Below are positions 19,534-29,935 of a DNA stretch of 64,000 nucleotides, in pieces. A program made the translations under genes and the position numbers. How positions within the stretch are numbered: position 1 is the stretch's first letter; every line of letters begins with the position of its first letter. This DNA comes from Nitrospirota bacterium. GTDB taxonomy: Bacteria; Nitrospirota; UBA9217. The stretch lies in assembly GCA_963740085.1 (NCBI GenBank), contig CAVUCU010000007.1:192001-256000 (forward strand), read 5' to 3'. Under the pieces are notes generated by a model. The model saw only the letters and a program-made list of their open reading frames with translations. It ran no database searches and was not told where the DNA came from.

Positions 19534-22170
19534 TTAATGCCTCTTCATCAGCAGATTCGTCATCTCGCTGATCATCGTGAGCGTTCCCCGATAACCCACC
19601 GTGACCTTCGAGGTGAATCCGAAGGTTTTATATACCGGGAACCCCAGCTCATACAGCGGGATATCGAGCTTCTTTGCCATTCTCTCCGCATGAGAATTCG
19701 AAATGATGGCGTCGTACTCGCCCGTTATGGAATACAGATCTCCTATTCGCACTTCCCGGGCACGGATACGGTCGGCAGCGTTCGAAAGCGTGGGGATCAC
19801 CGCCAACTCTACCGCGGCCCCCATTTCATCCAACCACGTTGATGTCTGGACCGCCAGATCCGGTTCGAGTGCAATGCAGATCTTTCTGCCTCCGAAGTAA
19901 AAGTGCGCATCCCTCATGACATCGACCAGGACCTTTCGCTGCCGCTCATATTTGGCGGACAACGGTCTTCCGCTCAACTCGGTGAGCCATTTCATCAGAA
20001 GATCGGAATCAGCAAGCCCGGCCGTGCTGTCGAACATCCGGTATCCGATGCCGAACTTTTGCTGCAGCAGCTTCGCCGCCGGTTCCATGCTCATGCCCAA
20101 CCCGAGCGTGAACGAGGCATTGGCCATGGCTGTTATTTCCGCCGTGCCCGTCCCCCCTTGCGCAAGGGGAGAAAAATCCTGTCTGCTGCCGTCCAGGCAA
20201 GAGAGGTCCGGGAGAATGATCGCTCTCATGCCAAAGTCTTCGACGATCTCCCTGATCTCGCTGGAATCCGCCGGAGTGAGGTGCGATCCTGCGATGATGT
20301 TGATCGTTCTTGACTCCGAACTCCGGACTTTCGGCTCGATACTCTGTATTACCGCTTCCACCGCTCTAGCGTACCCGGTCTCCAACCCTCCGTCAAAGTC
20401 AGGAGTCGGAATATGGATGATCCTGGTCTTTCCCGCTTTACTCCTGACTACTGTCTCCTGTCTTCTGACCACTGATTCGACATCATCCCCCTTCACCTCC
20501 GAAAGACCCGAGGACAGGACCCCGATAAGAGCGGGGTCGTTCTTCTCGATGAACCCGTCAATGGCCTGCGTCAGCTTCTCCTCGCTCCCCATGACCACGT
20601 CTTCCACAAAGAGCTTGCTTGTCGCAAGAGCGATAGGTTCACGAAAATGCCTGGTCAAGAGCACCTTGCCGAGGAACGTGCAGCCCTGGGCTCCATGGAT
20701 GATCGGCAGCGCACGGTCTATGCCTTGAAGCGCGATCGCCGCGCCGATCGACGGAGAGTGTTTTAATGGATCTATCAGAATTGCGGATTTCGGGTTTACG
20801 ATCTCGGGTTGATGATAGTGCGTCTTTATTTTCTTACTGTCCCCGTTCTGTATCCCGCGGTTGCTCCTCTCATAGAAGCAGATACTGTTGCTGATCTTCT
20901 CCGCCAGGTTCACGAGCCCCAGATATCCCGCATAAGGGGTATGGCGCTCCTGGTTGACGTCCACAAAGGGATAGCCTTCCTTGATCGCCAGGTACTGGTT
21001 CCGTCCGCCCGCAATGAGGATATCGGCGTTCCGCTCCTTTAAGAGCCGCAGCAGGTTCTTCGGCGTCACATCCTCCACGAGCGGCGCATCGGGGCCCAGT
21101 ATCTCTTTCATCTTTTCTTCATCTTCGCGTGTGCTCTTTTTCGTACCGACGGCAACGATCTCAATACCCAGGTCGCGGAGCGCGGAGATGAAGGACCAGC
21201 TCTTGACGCCGCCCGTATACAGCACTGCCTTCTTGCCGCGCAGATGGTGATAGGATTTAAGCTGTTGCCTGAGCCTTTTTTCCTCGACCTTGATGAGGTC
21301 TTCAACCGCTGAGGTCAGGCTCGGTTCATCACGTCCGACCTTGCTTTGAAGTGTGAACGCTATCTTCCTCAAGGCCTTTGCGATCTCCGTGCTTCCGAAA
21401 AAAGACACCTCCACAAAGGGGATGTCGTATTTCCGCTCCATTTCCCTGGCTACGTTGATAAGCGCGCGGCTGCAGACGACCACATTCAGCTTGGCCTGGT
21501 GCGCCCACGTGATCTCTTCGAACGTCGAATCGCCGGTGATCCTCGACAGTATTCGTATCCCGGCCCTGGCGAGAAGCGGCTCTACAAGCCAGAGGTCGCC
21601 CGCGATATTATATTCGCCGATCAGGTTGATGTCGGTATGGGTCAGAACCGGCGTTTCGCCGGTACCGATCACGTGTTCGAGCAATACTTCCCCGGCGATC
21701 CGGTTCCCCAGGTTCTTCGGCCCGACGAACCCCGGCGCGTTCACGGGAATGACCGGAATATCGAGCTCGTTCCCGGCACGTTTGCAGATCGCATCGAGGT
21801 CCTCACCCGTGAGCCCGCTTACGCAGGTGGAGTACACGAAGATCGCCTTGGGCCTGACTGCCTCGAATGTCCTCCTTATGGCGTTCAGCAGCTTCTCTTC
21901 CGAACCATAGACAATGTCGATCTCGCCCATGTCGGTCGTAAAGCCCATGGTATGCAACTCGCCTTTTGACGACTGCGTTCCCCGGCCTTCCCAGGTATTT
22001 CCGCAGCAGGCGATCGGTCCGTGCACAAGATGCGCAGTATCGGCAATGGGCTGCAACACGATCTGGGCCCCGTCGAACGCGCAGGACTCGCCGCCCCGGG
22101 AACGACATACTTTTGTCTTGTCGTCCGTTGAGCATCCGTCCTGTGTTAATCTGTCGATCGCGCTGACCAT
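19534..22170 (-). CDS. nifEN: Fused NifE-NifN FeMo-co scaffold
   Basis: NifE CAFDGA, HGPIAC, CSRA, YTGGVKSWS, then NifN PLKHSPSIGA, HGAQGC in one 878-aa frame. Confidence 0.93.
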   Translation of the reverse strand: MVSAIDRLTQDGCSTDDKTKVCRSRGGESCAFDGAQIVLQPIADTAHLVHGPIACCGNTWEGRGTQSSKGELHTMGFTTDMGEIDIVYGSEEKLLNAIRRTFEAVRPKAIFVYSTCVSGLTGEDLDAICKRAGNELDIPVIPVNAPGFVGPKNLGNRIAGEVLLEHVIGTGETPVLTHTDINLIGEYNIAGDLWLVEPLLARAGIRILSRITGDSTFEEITWAHQAKLNVVVCSRALINVAREMERKYDIPFVEVSFFGSTEIAKALRKIAFTLQSKVGRDEPSLTSAVEDLIKVEEKRLRQQLKSYHHLRGKKAVLYTGGVKSWSFISALRDLGIEIVAVGTKKSTREDEEKMKEILGPDAPLVEDVTPKNLLRLLKERNADILIAGGRNQYLAIKEGYPFVDVNQERHTPYAGYLGLVNLAEKISNSICFYERSNRGIQNGDSKKIKTHYHQPEIVNPKSAILIDPLKHSPSIGAAIALQGIDRALPIIHGAQGCTFLGKVLLTRHFREPIALATSKLFVEDVVMGSEEKLTQAIDGFIEKNDPALIGVLSSGLSEVKGDDVESVVRRQETVVRSKAGKTRIIHIPTPDFDGGLETGYARAVEAVIQSIEPKVRSSESRTINIIAGSHLTPADSSEIREIVEDFGMRAIILPDLSCLDGSRQDFSPLAQGGTGTAEITAMANASFTLGLGMSMEPAAKLLQQKFGIGYRMFDSTAGLADSDLLMKWLTELSGRPLSAKYERQRKVLVDVMRDAHFYFGGRKICIALEPDLAVQTSTWLDEMGAAVELAVIPTLSNAADRIRAREVRIGDLYSITGEYDAIISNSHAERMAKKLDIPLYELGFPVYKTFGFTSKVTVGYRGTLTMISEMTNLLMKRH

Positions 22171-22210
22171 AGATTCTCCGCTTCTCTTTTTGATGCCCAG
22201 GTCTCTCTAC

Positions 22211-22951
22211 TCAGATGAGAGCCAGTTTCATCCCGGCCATCGCAAGCATGACGCCGAGCAATATTCTCAGGACCGGGCTGTTGAACTTCGTTGCCCCCAG
22301 TGTCGAGCCGATGAATCCGCCGGAAACCACGGCAACCGACCAGAAGGCAATGTGATCCGGGAATACCCCGCCTTTTTGAAGATACCCGGTCAACCCGGAT
22401 ATGGAGTTCAGGAGAATGAAAGCAGCGGACACGGCGGCCGTTCTCCGGAGTTCCGCCCAATGGAGAATGATCAGGACCGGGCTCAGGAAAATACCGCCGC
22501 CAACCCCCGTCAGACCGGATAAAAATCCAATGCCTCCTCCCACCGCAAGTGATGCTCCGATACCCGGGTATCCGGCCCGTTCGGGGTCATCGGTTGCAAC
22601 CTTGCTCCGGATCAGGAGATGTCCCGCAGCAAACACCAGCGCAATTCCCACGAGTATTTTATATCTCGTCGCATCCACGGACATCCCTCCGCCGAGGTAT
22701 GCCATGGGAACTGCTGCAACAGCAAAGGGCCAGAATAGGCGCCATGAAAAATGTCCTGCCTGATAAAAACGGATGGTCGTGACCAGGGCCACAATAATGT
22801 TCAAGGCAAGGGCCGTCGGCTTCATCACGGCCGGCGGAAACGAAAGAAGCGCCATGGTTGCAAGGTACCCCGAAGCTCCCGCGTGCCCGACCGTAGAATA
22901 CAGAAGAGCGATAACGAAAAAATATATGCCGGTTATTGCGATGTCATGCAT
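22211..22951 (-). CDS. TSUP (TauE/SafE) sulfite exporter family membrane protein
   Basis: YSTVGHAGASGY, SGLTGVGGGIFLSP. Confidence 0.85.
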   Translation of the reverse strand: MHDIAITGIYFFVIALLYSTVGHAGASGYLATMALLSFPPAVMKPTALALNIIVALVTTIRFYQAGHFSWRLFWPFAVAAVPMAYLGGGMSVDATRYKILVGIALVFAAGHLLIRSKVATDDPERAGYPGIGASLAVGGGIGFLSGLTGVGGGIFLSPVLIILHWAELRRTAAVSAAFILLNSISGLTGYLQKGGVFPDHIAFWSVAVVSGGFIGSTLGATKFNSPVLRILLGVMLAMAGMKLALI

Positions 22952-22965
22952 GGGATCAAATCCTT

Positions 22966-23043
22966 TTACCACAGAGACACAGAGAGAAGCACAAATCACG
23001 TTTCTTGCGTTCTCCTTCGTGTCTCAGTGTCTCCGTGGTGAAA
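22966..23043. repeat. Intergenic palindromic element
   Basis: TTTACCACAGAGACACAGAG ... CTCAGTGTCTCCGTGGTGAAA. Confidence 0.65.
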
Positions 23044-23058
23044 TATATTTTGCCTTTA

Positions 23059-24564
23059 TCAACGGATCACATCAAAGCTCGCCGAACCCTCGGTCTTCCT
23101 GTCCAACTCGTCCAGCACCGTGTTCACCAGCATGGTCAGGAGGTTCAATGCGCCCTGGTATCCGATGATCGGCTGGCGGTGCAGATGGTGCCGGTCGAAT
23201 ATCGGGAACCCGATGCGGACCAGTGGCGTTCCCGTGTCCTGCGTCAGGAACTTGGAATACGAGTTGCCGATCAGGACATCCACAGGGTCGGTGAACAACA
23301 GCGAGCGAAGGTGCCACATGTCCTTGCCCGCGTAGACCGTTCCGTGAGCGCCAAAGGGAGAGGAGGCGAGCAGTTCGTTCGCCTCGGCCTCGAAGTTCTT
23401 ATCCCCATTGGTGCAGATAATGTGCACCGGTTCTCCGCCCATCTCCATGATGAGGCTCATCATGCCGAGCAGGATGTCCGGGTCGCCTACAAGCGCGAAG
23501 CGCTTGCCGTGAATGTACGGGTGGGAGTCGACCATAGCGTCGACGACCCTTCCGCGCTCGGCCTCCACCGCCGCCGGGACCGGCTTGCCGGTAAGCCTGG
23601 AGAGCTCGGCAAAGAACGCATCGGTATTCTTGATGCCGATCGGCGAAAGCGTGAGCGTCTTCTGCCCCCACTCCTTCTGGATATAATCCATGGTCTTCAT
23701 GGTCGAATACTTCTGGAGCGCGACCGTTCCAAGCGCATTCACCGCATCCATGGCTTCCGGGAGCGGCGTGCCGCCGGGATAGAGCTTGTACTCGCCCGTG
23801 TTCGGGGAATCAAACGTGTCGCTCACATCGGCAAGGAGCGTAAACTCGATGCCCATCAGGGCCATCAGCCGCTTGATCTCGTGATAGTTTCCGGTATAGG
23901 TATCGAAGCCCGGAATAATGTTGATCTTCCCGTTCGATGCGCCCTTCTTGCCCGTGGAGAGCATGCTCAGGATGCCCTTCAGCATATTGTCGTAGCCGAC
24001 GATGTGGGAACCAACGAAACTCGGCGTGTGCGCGAACGGCACCGGCAGGTCCTGGGGGATCACACCCTTCTCGCGGGCGGTCCTGATATATGCGTTCAGG
24101 TCATCGCCGATCACCTCAGCCATGCAGGTCGTCGAGACCGCGATCATCCTGGGTTTGTAGAGGGTATAGGCGTTCTCAAGGCCTTCAAGCATGTTGTTCA
24201 GACCGCCGAACACCGCCGCATCCTCGGTCATGGACGTAGAGATCGCGGCAAAGGGCTCCTTGAAGTGCCGGGCGAGGTGGCTCCGGAAATAGGCCACGCA
24301 TCCCTGGGCGCCCTGCACGAACGGCATGGAACCTTCGAATCCCGAGGCGCAGAAGACGGCACCGAGCGGCTGACAGGCTTTCGCCGGATTGATCTTGATG
24401 TTCTGGCGCTTGAAATTGAGTTCCTTGTACTCCTCGGTCTTGGTCCATTCGGAGATCTCTTTCACCTTTTCCGCGGGCCAGCAGTTCTCGAACTCCTTCT
24501 TGCGTGCAAACTGCTCCTGGTAGTCCTTCTGTTTGAATAGCTCGCTATGGTCTTTGACTTTCAT
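23059..24564 (-). CDS. nifK: Nitrogenase MoFe protein beta chain
   Basis: INPAKACQPLGA, QGCVAYF, TTCMAEVIGDD, HTPSF, FDVIR end. Confidence 0.96.
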   Translation of the reverse strand: MKVKDHSELFKQKDYQEQFARKKEFENCWPAEKVKEISEWTKTEEYKELNFKRQNIKINPAKACQPLGAVFCASGFEGSMPFVQGAQGCVAYFRSHLARHFKEPFAAISTSMTEDAAVFGGLNNMLEGLENAYTLYKPRMIAVSTTCMAEVIGDDLNAYIRTAREKGVIPQDLPVPFAHTPSFVGSHIVGYDNMLKGILSMLSTGKKGASNGKINIIPGFDTYTGNYHEIKRLMALMGIEFTLLADVSDTFDSPNTGEYKLYPGGTPLPEAMDAVNALGTVALQKYSTMKTMDYIQKEWGQKTLTLSPIGIKNTDAFFAELSRLTGKPVPAAVEAERGRVVDAMVDSHPYIHGKRFALVGDPDILLGMMSLIMEMGGEPVHIICTNGDKNFEAEANELLASSPFGAHGTVYAGKDMWHLRSLLFTDPVDVLIGNSYSKFLTQDTGTPLVRIGFPIFDRHHLHRQPIIGYQGALNLLTMLVNTVLDELDRKTEGSASFDVIR

Positions 24565-24606
24565 GATAATACCCCCAAACTTTATTAACTCCTGATGAAT
24601 CAAAAC

Positions 24607-24706
24607 TTGACACGCAAGAGGCGGATGAACGGCTATGATTTTCACGGATAAGACCTTTTCTTATCATGCTCCTTCATATCTCTTCTCAGTGTAAATCCGT
24701 GTCAAA
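24607..24706. repeat. ~100-bp MITE-like repeat, copy 2
   Basis: TTGACACG...CCGTGTCAAA, homologous to 18505-18604. Confidence 0.75.
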
Positions 24707-24715
24707 GAATTTTCG

Positions 24716-26189
24716 TTACTTTTTTCTCCTGATCAAACTCCACGTCGGGCTGTTTACGGTCATGTCCATGTCCCGCGCGAAGACCGGGAACCCGTCGAAC
24801 CCGTGGTACGGACCCGAGTAGTCCCAGGAGTGCATCTGGCGGAAGGGCACGCCGAGCTTATGATACGAGTACTTCTCCTTGATACCCGAACCGACCATGT
24901 CCGGCTTTAGCCTTCTGGTGAATTCTTCCAGTTCGTACAAGGTCGCGTCATCCATGATCACCGCGCCTTCCTTCATTTCCGGGTACGTTCGTTTATAATC
25001 GTCGCTGTGACCGAACTCGTAGCCCGAGGCGACCACTTCCATGCCGAGGTCTTCGTAGGCGCCGATGGTGTGGCGCGGACGGAGACCGCCGACGTAGAGC
25101 ATCACCTTCTTGCCTTCAAGCTTCGGCCGGTACTGCTCCACCACCTTGTCCATGAGCGGTTTATACTTTGCGATCACGGCCTCGGCGTTCTTCTGGATCT
25201 TCTCGTCGAACTTCGCTGCTATTTTTCTTATGCTTTCGTAGGTCTTCGTGGGGCCGAAAAAGTTGAACTCCATCCACGGAATACCGTAGGTCTCCTCCAT
25301 GTGCCGGCAGATATAGTTCATCGACCGGTAGCAGTGGATCAGGTTCAGTTTGGCCTTGGTCGCGATGCCGAGCTCGTTGATCGTCGAATCGCCGGTGTAC
25401 TGTGCGATGACCCGGAGGCCCATCTCTTCCAGAATTTTCCGCGAGGCCCAGGCATCCCCGCCGATATTGTAGTCTCCGATCAGGTTCACATCATAGCGGG
25501 GTCGTCTTTTCCAGAGTACCCTTGCCGAGCGCGTAATCTCTGATCGTATCGTTCGCGATATGGTGGCCCAGGGACTGGGAGACCCCGCGGAACCCCTCGC
25601 ACCGTACCGGAACAATAGGGATGGCCATCTCTTTCGCAACCCGCTTCGAGACCGCTTCGATGTCGTCGCCGATAAGACCCACAGGACACTCAGAGAGTAT
25701 GCCTATGCCGCGTCCGAGGGGAAAGAGTCCTTTTAATTCTTTCAGGGCCAGATCAAGGCCTTTGTCACCGCCGTACACGATGTCTTTTTCCTGGAAATCG
25801 GTCGTGATATGCATGGTGCCGAAGGCGTCGATGCCGGTCTGACCGTTATAATAATTCCGGCGCGACCACCAGGAGTACTGCCCGCAACCGACAGGACCGT
25901 GGCTGACGGTGATCTGGTCCTTCACCGGACCCCACACCACGCCCTTGGCGCCCGCGTACGCGCAACCGCGCACGGTCATGACGCCGGGCCGGGACTTGAC
26001 GTTCGACTTGACCTGGCAGGAGCTGCACTGGCCCGTGGGGTCGTTGGCGGCCAGATGTTTCGCCCGCACCTTCTTCGACTTTTCCGGGTACGCATCCAGG
26101 ATCTCTTCGATCATTTTCTGGGTATCTTTGATCTTCCCGCTCACGGGTTTCGCATCTTTGATTTCTTTGTCTTTCACTTCAGTGCTCAT
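24716..26189 (-). CDS. nifD: Nitrogenase MoFe protein alpha chain (one extra base near 25496)
   Basis: RGCAYAG, HGPVGC, SECPVG, then in a second frame [24 protein letters not shown]; deleting one base gives ...[12 protein letters not shown]. Confidence 0.93.
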
Positions 26190-26261
26190 GACGCCTCCTT
26201 CAATTCCCGTAGTCAGGAGCCCTCCTGGCTTCTGCTCCTGGCTTCTGTTCTCTCTGCTGTT

Positions 26262-27200
<939 letters not shown>

Positions 27201-27220
27201 ATTTTACTATTCACGTATAT

Positions 27221-27236
27221 AGCAATGCCCGTGCCA
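27221..27236 (-). promoter_or_regulatory. Sigma-54 promoter of nifH operon
   Basis: TGGCACGGGCATTGCT, consensus match. Confidence 0.9.
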
Positions 27237-27431
27237 GGATCAATACGGGAGCGCCCTTCACCTCAATGCATTGATTTTATGCCGGCTTTGTTGGTGAGCG
27301 GTCCTGGCTCGCGAGTAAACGAAAATATTAATGCGACGCGCTTTTAATCACCGGCATAGAAAATAAGCACAAAGCGTGATTAACTATGGGAACGAGTCAG
27401 GGTATTTATGCAAATCCCATTCATTCAAATC

Positions 27432-27460
27432 TTGACAAAGGAACAACGAACCGCTATTAT
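27432..27460 (+). promoter_or_regulatory. Sigma-70 promoter of OMP gene
   Basis: TTGACA-17 bp-TATTAT. Confidence 0.6.
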
Positions 27461-27517
27461 TTTGAACCGGTCGTAACATATCGCTGTGTGTAAGTCTTTA
27501 TTCGTTCAAAAAACGAG

Positions 27518-28546
27518 GTGATCGTGATTGCCAGAAAAGCATCTATGCTTCTCTTCCTGATATTTTTTTTGTTCCCCCTAACCTGCGTTGCAGGGTACCT
27601 CGATAACAGCGGTGATGACGAGCCGGATATTAATGCGGCCCTGGGGGTCCAGGGGTGGTTTTCCCAGGCAGACGCGAAGTGGCAGATATCCTTTCCCTAT
27701 ACCACCGCGGCTGGTGTTGCGGGTAAGATCGAGTCAAGGCTGGATTACCGAAAGATCGACAGCCCACTGGTCATCGCAACGGCTGGCGGGAACGTGGCGC
27801 CGCGATTTGCATTTGATGTGGTATATGGATTCGGGTCGATCACGGGAGGCCGGGGAACGGATACAGACCGTTTTCTTCCGTCATCGGGTGGAGGCGTTGA
27901 ATTCTCAAAGTCAACAAACAGCCTCGACGGTGATGTACGGCTCTGGGGCATCAACTTCTACTACAATACCAGCCGGTTCGCTGATACGCAGGCCGGCCCC
28001 TGGGGTTTTGTGCTGGGTTTTCTCCATTACGGGGACAACCTTCGGATGACAAACGCCGTGCAAACTGTTTCCGTGCCCTTCGACGGGACCATCTTTCCTT
28101 TACTCGGACCCTTCCCGGCGAACCAGGTGCTCAACTCTACCTACGATTTTTCCTGGAACCTGTTGAAGACGGGAGTAGTGAACCATGCGGAGCTGACAGA
28201 AGGTCTTACGTATACCGGTACGCTCTCGATCTTTCCCTATGTGGACTACCAGGGGGAGGGATATTGGAACCTGCGCGCCGGAACGAATCCGTCGGATTTC
28301 AGACTTCAATCGCCTAACTTTATTCAGAAGTCAAAAAAAGGGTATGGATATGAAATATCGCTGGGGTTGGGGTATGATATTTGGGAGAATGTGGAACTGT
28401 CGGCAGGATACCGGTATATGTACCTCTATGCGGGCAACGGGACCGATACGGTCTATTTCGCGGACGGTTCCACAGTCGAATCAACCCTCGACTGGGTGAC
28501 CGTTTCCCGGCACGGGGCATATGCCGAATTGTTTTTCAGATTTTGA
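27518..28546 (+). CDS. Outer-membrane beta-barrel protein, omptin-like
   Basis: Signal peptide, alternating aromatic beta strands, C-terminal AELFFRF. Confidence 0.65.
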   Translation: MIVIARKASMLLFLIFFLFPLTCVAGYLDNSGDDEPDINAALGVQGWFSQADAKWQISFPYTTAAGVAGKIESRLDYRKIDSPLVIATAGGNVAPRFAFDVVYGFGSITGGRGTDTDRFLPSSGGGVEFSKSTNSLDGDVRLWGINFYYNTSRFADTQAGPWGFVLGFLHYGDNLRMTNAVQTVSVPFDGTIFPLLGPFPANQVLNSTYDFSWNLLKTGVVNHAELTEGLTYTGTLSIFPYVDYQGEGYWNLRAGTNPSDFRLQSPNFIQKSKKGYGYEISLGLGYDIWENVELSAGYRYMYLYAGNGTDTVYFADGSTVESTLDWVTVSRHGAYAELFFRF

Positions 28547-28554
28547 TGGAGAAA

Positions 28555-29385
28555 CTAAAACCTCGGCAGTGGATCGGACAGCGTGCCGCCAAGACTGAAC
28601 TGATAGAACCCCTCGGCATCCTTGTTCTTTAAGAGAGCTACGAGCCCCTCCTGTTCCCTCGCCAAACGCTCCGACAGCTTGAGCTTCACCGTCAGATTGA
28701 GCGCGCCACGCTCGCGCAAGATCAGGTCACCCAGACACCGAACCTTCAGTTCCTTGCCCTCGAGCTCCAGCTTTTTGATCGTCAGGCGGTCACCTTTGAC
28801 CTCCGCCTCAAGCCAGCACTGTTCAAAGTCAAGGTCCGGGATAGAGAACCCCTTGATCTTCAATTCCCGGGAGGCCAACCCCTTGAGCCACAACCTCCCT
28901 TTGCCCGAATCGCCGGTCATCTCGAAGTTCCCGCCCAATTTGCCTGACAGCTTGAGACCAAAATCCTTCAGCAATGCGTATGACCCGACATCCAGCCCGT
29001 TGCCGTCAACCAGAAGATACTGTCTTCCTGGCCTATCCTGTACCTTCACCAGAAGCTCACCGCCGTAGGCCTGTGCCTTCATGTCAAGCGAGGACCGCCC
29101 GCGAAGCAGATTGAAAAGCGAGATCGTGGTCCTGACGGACGGGCTCTCGAACAAAACCCTGCCGGACTTTTCCGACACGACCACATCCGAAAGTACGAAG
29201 CGATTGAAGAACCGGGGCGAAATGCGCGTAACGGAGAGAACAAACGGCGTGCGCAGGCGGACCTCGGATTCCAGTTTTGTCTTGACCCGGTCAAAGGGGA
29301 AGAGCAAAAGAAGAAAGACCAGAAATGCCGCAACGAAATACGCGGTAAATGACAGCCTTCGGATGAGTGTTTTTTTATCGGGCAT
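28555..29385 (-). CDS. gspN: Type II secretion protein N
   Basis: N-terminal TM ending LLFPFD, C-terminal GTLSDP; last gene of gsp operon. Confidence 0.8.
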   Translation of the reverse strand: MPDKKTLIRRLSFTAYFVAAFLVFLLLLFPFDRVKTKLESEVRLRTPFVLSVTRISPRFFNRFVLSDVVVSEKSGRVLFESPSVRTTISLFNLLRGRSSLDMKAQAYGGELLVKVQDRPGRQYLLVDGNGLDVGSYALLKDFGLKLSGKLGGNFEMTGDSGKGRLWLKGLASRELKIKGFSIPDLDFEQCWLEAEVKGDRLTIKKLELEGKELKVRCLGDLILRERGALNLTVKLKLSERLAREQEGLVALLKNKDAEGFYQFSLGGTLSDPLPRF

Positions 29386-29407
29386 GATTTGAAATATTTC
29401 GACTGTC

Positions 29408-29908
29408 CTACTCGGCGCTTGAAACAAGGATCGTTGCGTTCAGCACTTTGGGATTATCAAACCGGGGCTTGAAGTTCAGCTTCTTGATCCGAAGCCCGTC
29501 CTGCTCGAGCTGATAAAGGTAACTCACAATATCGTAGAGCGTAACGCTATCGAGTCTTATCTCGACGATGCTCTCCTTGAACTCCTCGGTCTGGACTCCC
29601 TCCTGCGGCTTGAGAGATACGATTTTACTGCCCAGATTCGCCCGTTTGGTGATATTCTCGATCTCGGTCAGCAGCGGGCCGCGCTTCGCCGCAGCAGCCT
29701 GTGCCTGCTGCAGGCGCTTCTGCATCTCAAGGTACTGTTCCTTGAGCACGCGCATCTCCACCAGGTCCCGTTCCTTCTTCGGGAGCAGCTCGCGTTTTCG
29801 GTCCAGATCGGACGTCAGCGGAGACACCACGAATACATAGAGCAGGATGATTGCCGCCACTATCCCGCCGATGATGAGCGTTTTCTTATCTCTTTGTTCC
29901 AGTTTCAA
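29408..29908 (-). CDS. gspM: Type II secretion protein M
   Basis: LEQRDK + TM, coiled coil, operon position. Confidence 0.8.
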   Translation of the reverse strand: MKLEQRDKKTLIIGGIVAAIILLYVFVVSPLTSDLDRKRELLPKKERDLVEMRVLKEQYLEMQKRLQQAQAAAAKRGPLLTEIENITKRANLGSKIVSLKPQEGVQTEEFKESIVEIRLDSVTLYDIVSYLYQLEQDGLRIKKLNFKPRFDNPKVLNATILVSSAE

Positions 29909-29935
29909 GGAATACCCCTGGATATGATCTTACGT

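Noticed and set aside
22936-24540. 534-aa plus-strand ORF, and similar long antisense ORFs over ntrB, gspE, glyA and pcnB
   Set aside because: Shadow frames expected from GC-rich codon bias opposite well-supported genes
25480-25510. Programmed frameshift or excision element in nifD
   Set aside because: No slippery sequence, recombinase or direct repeats; matches the single-base insertion errors elsewhere
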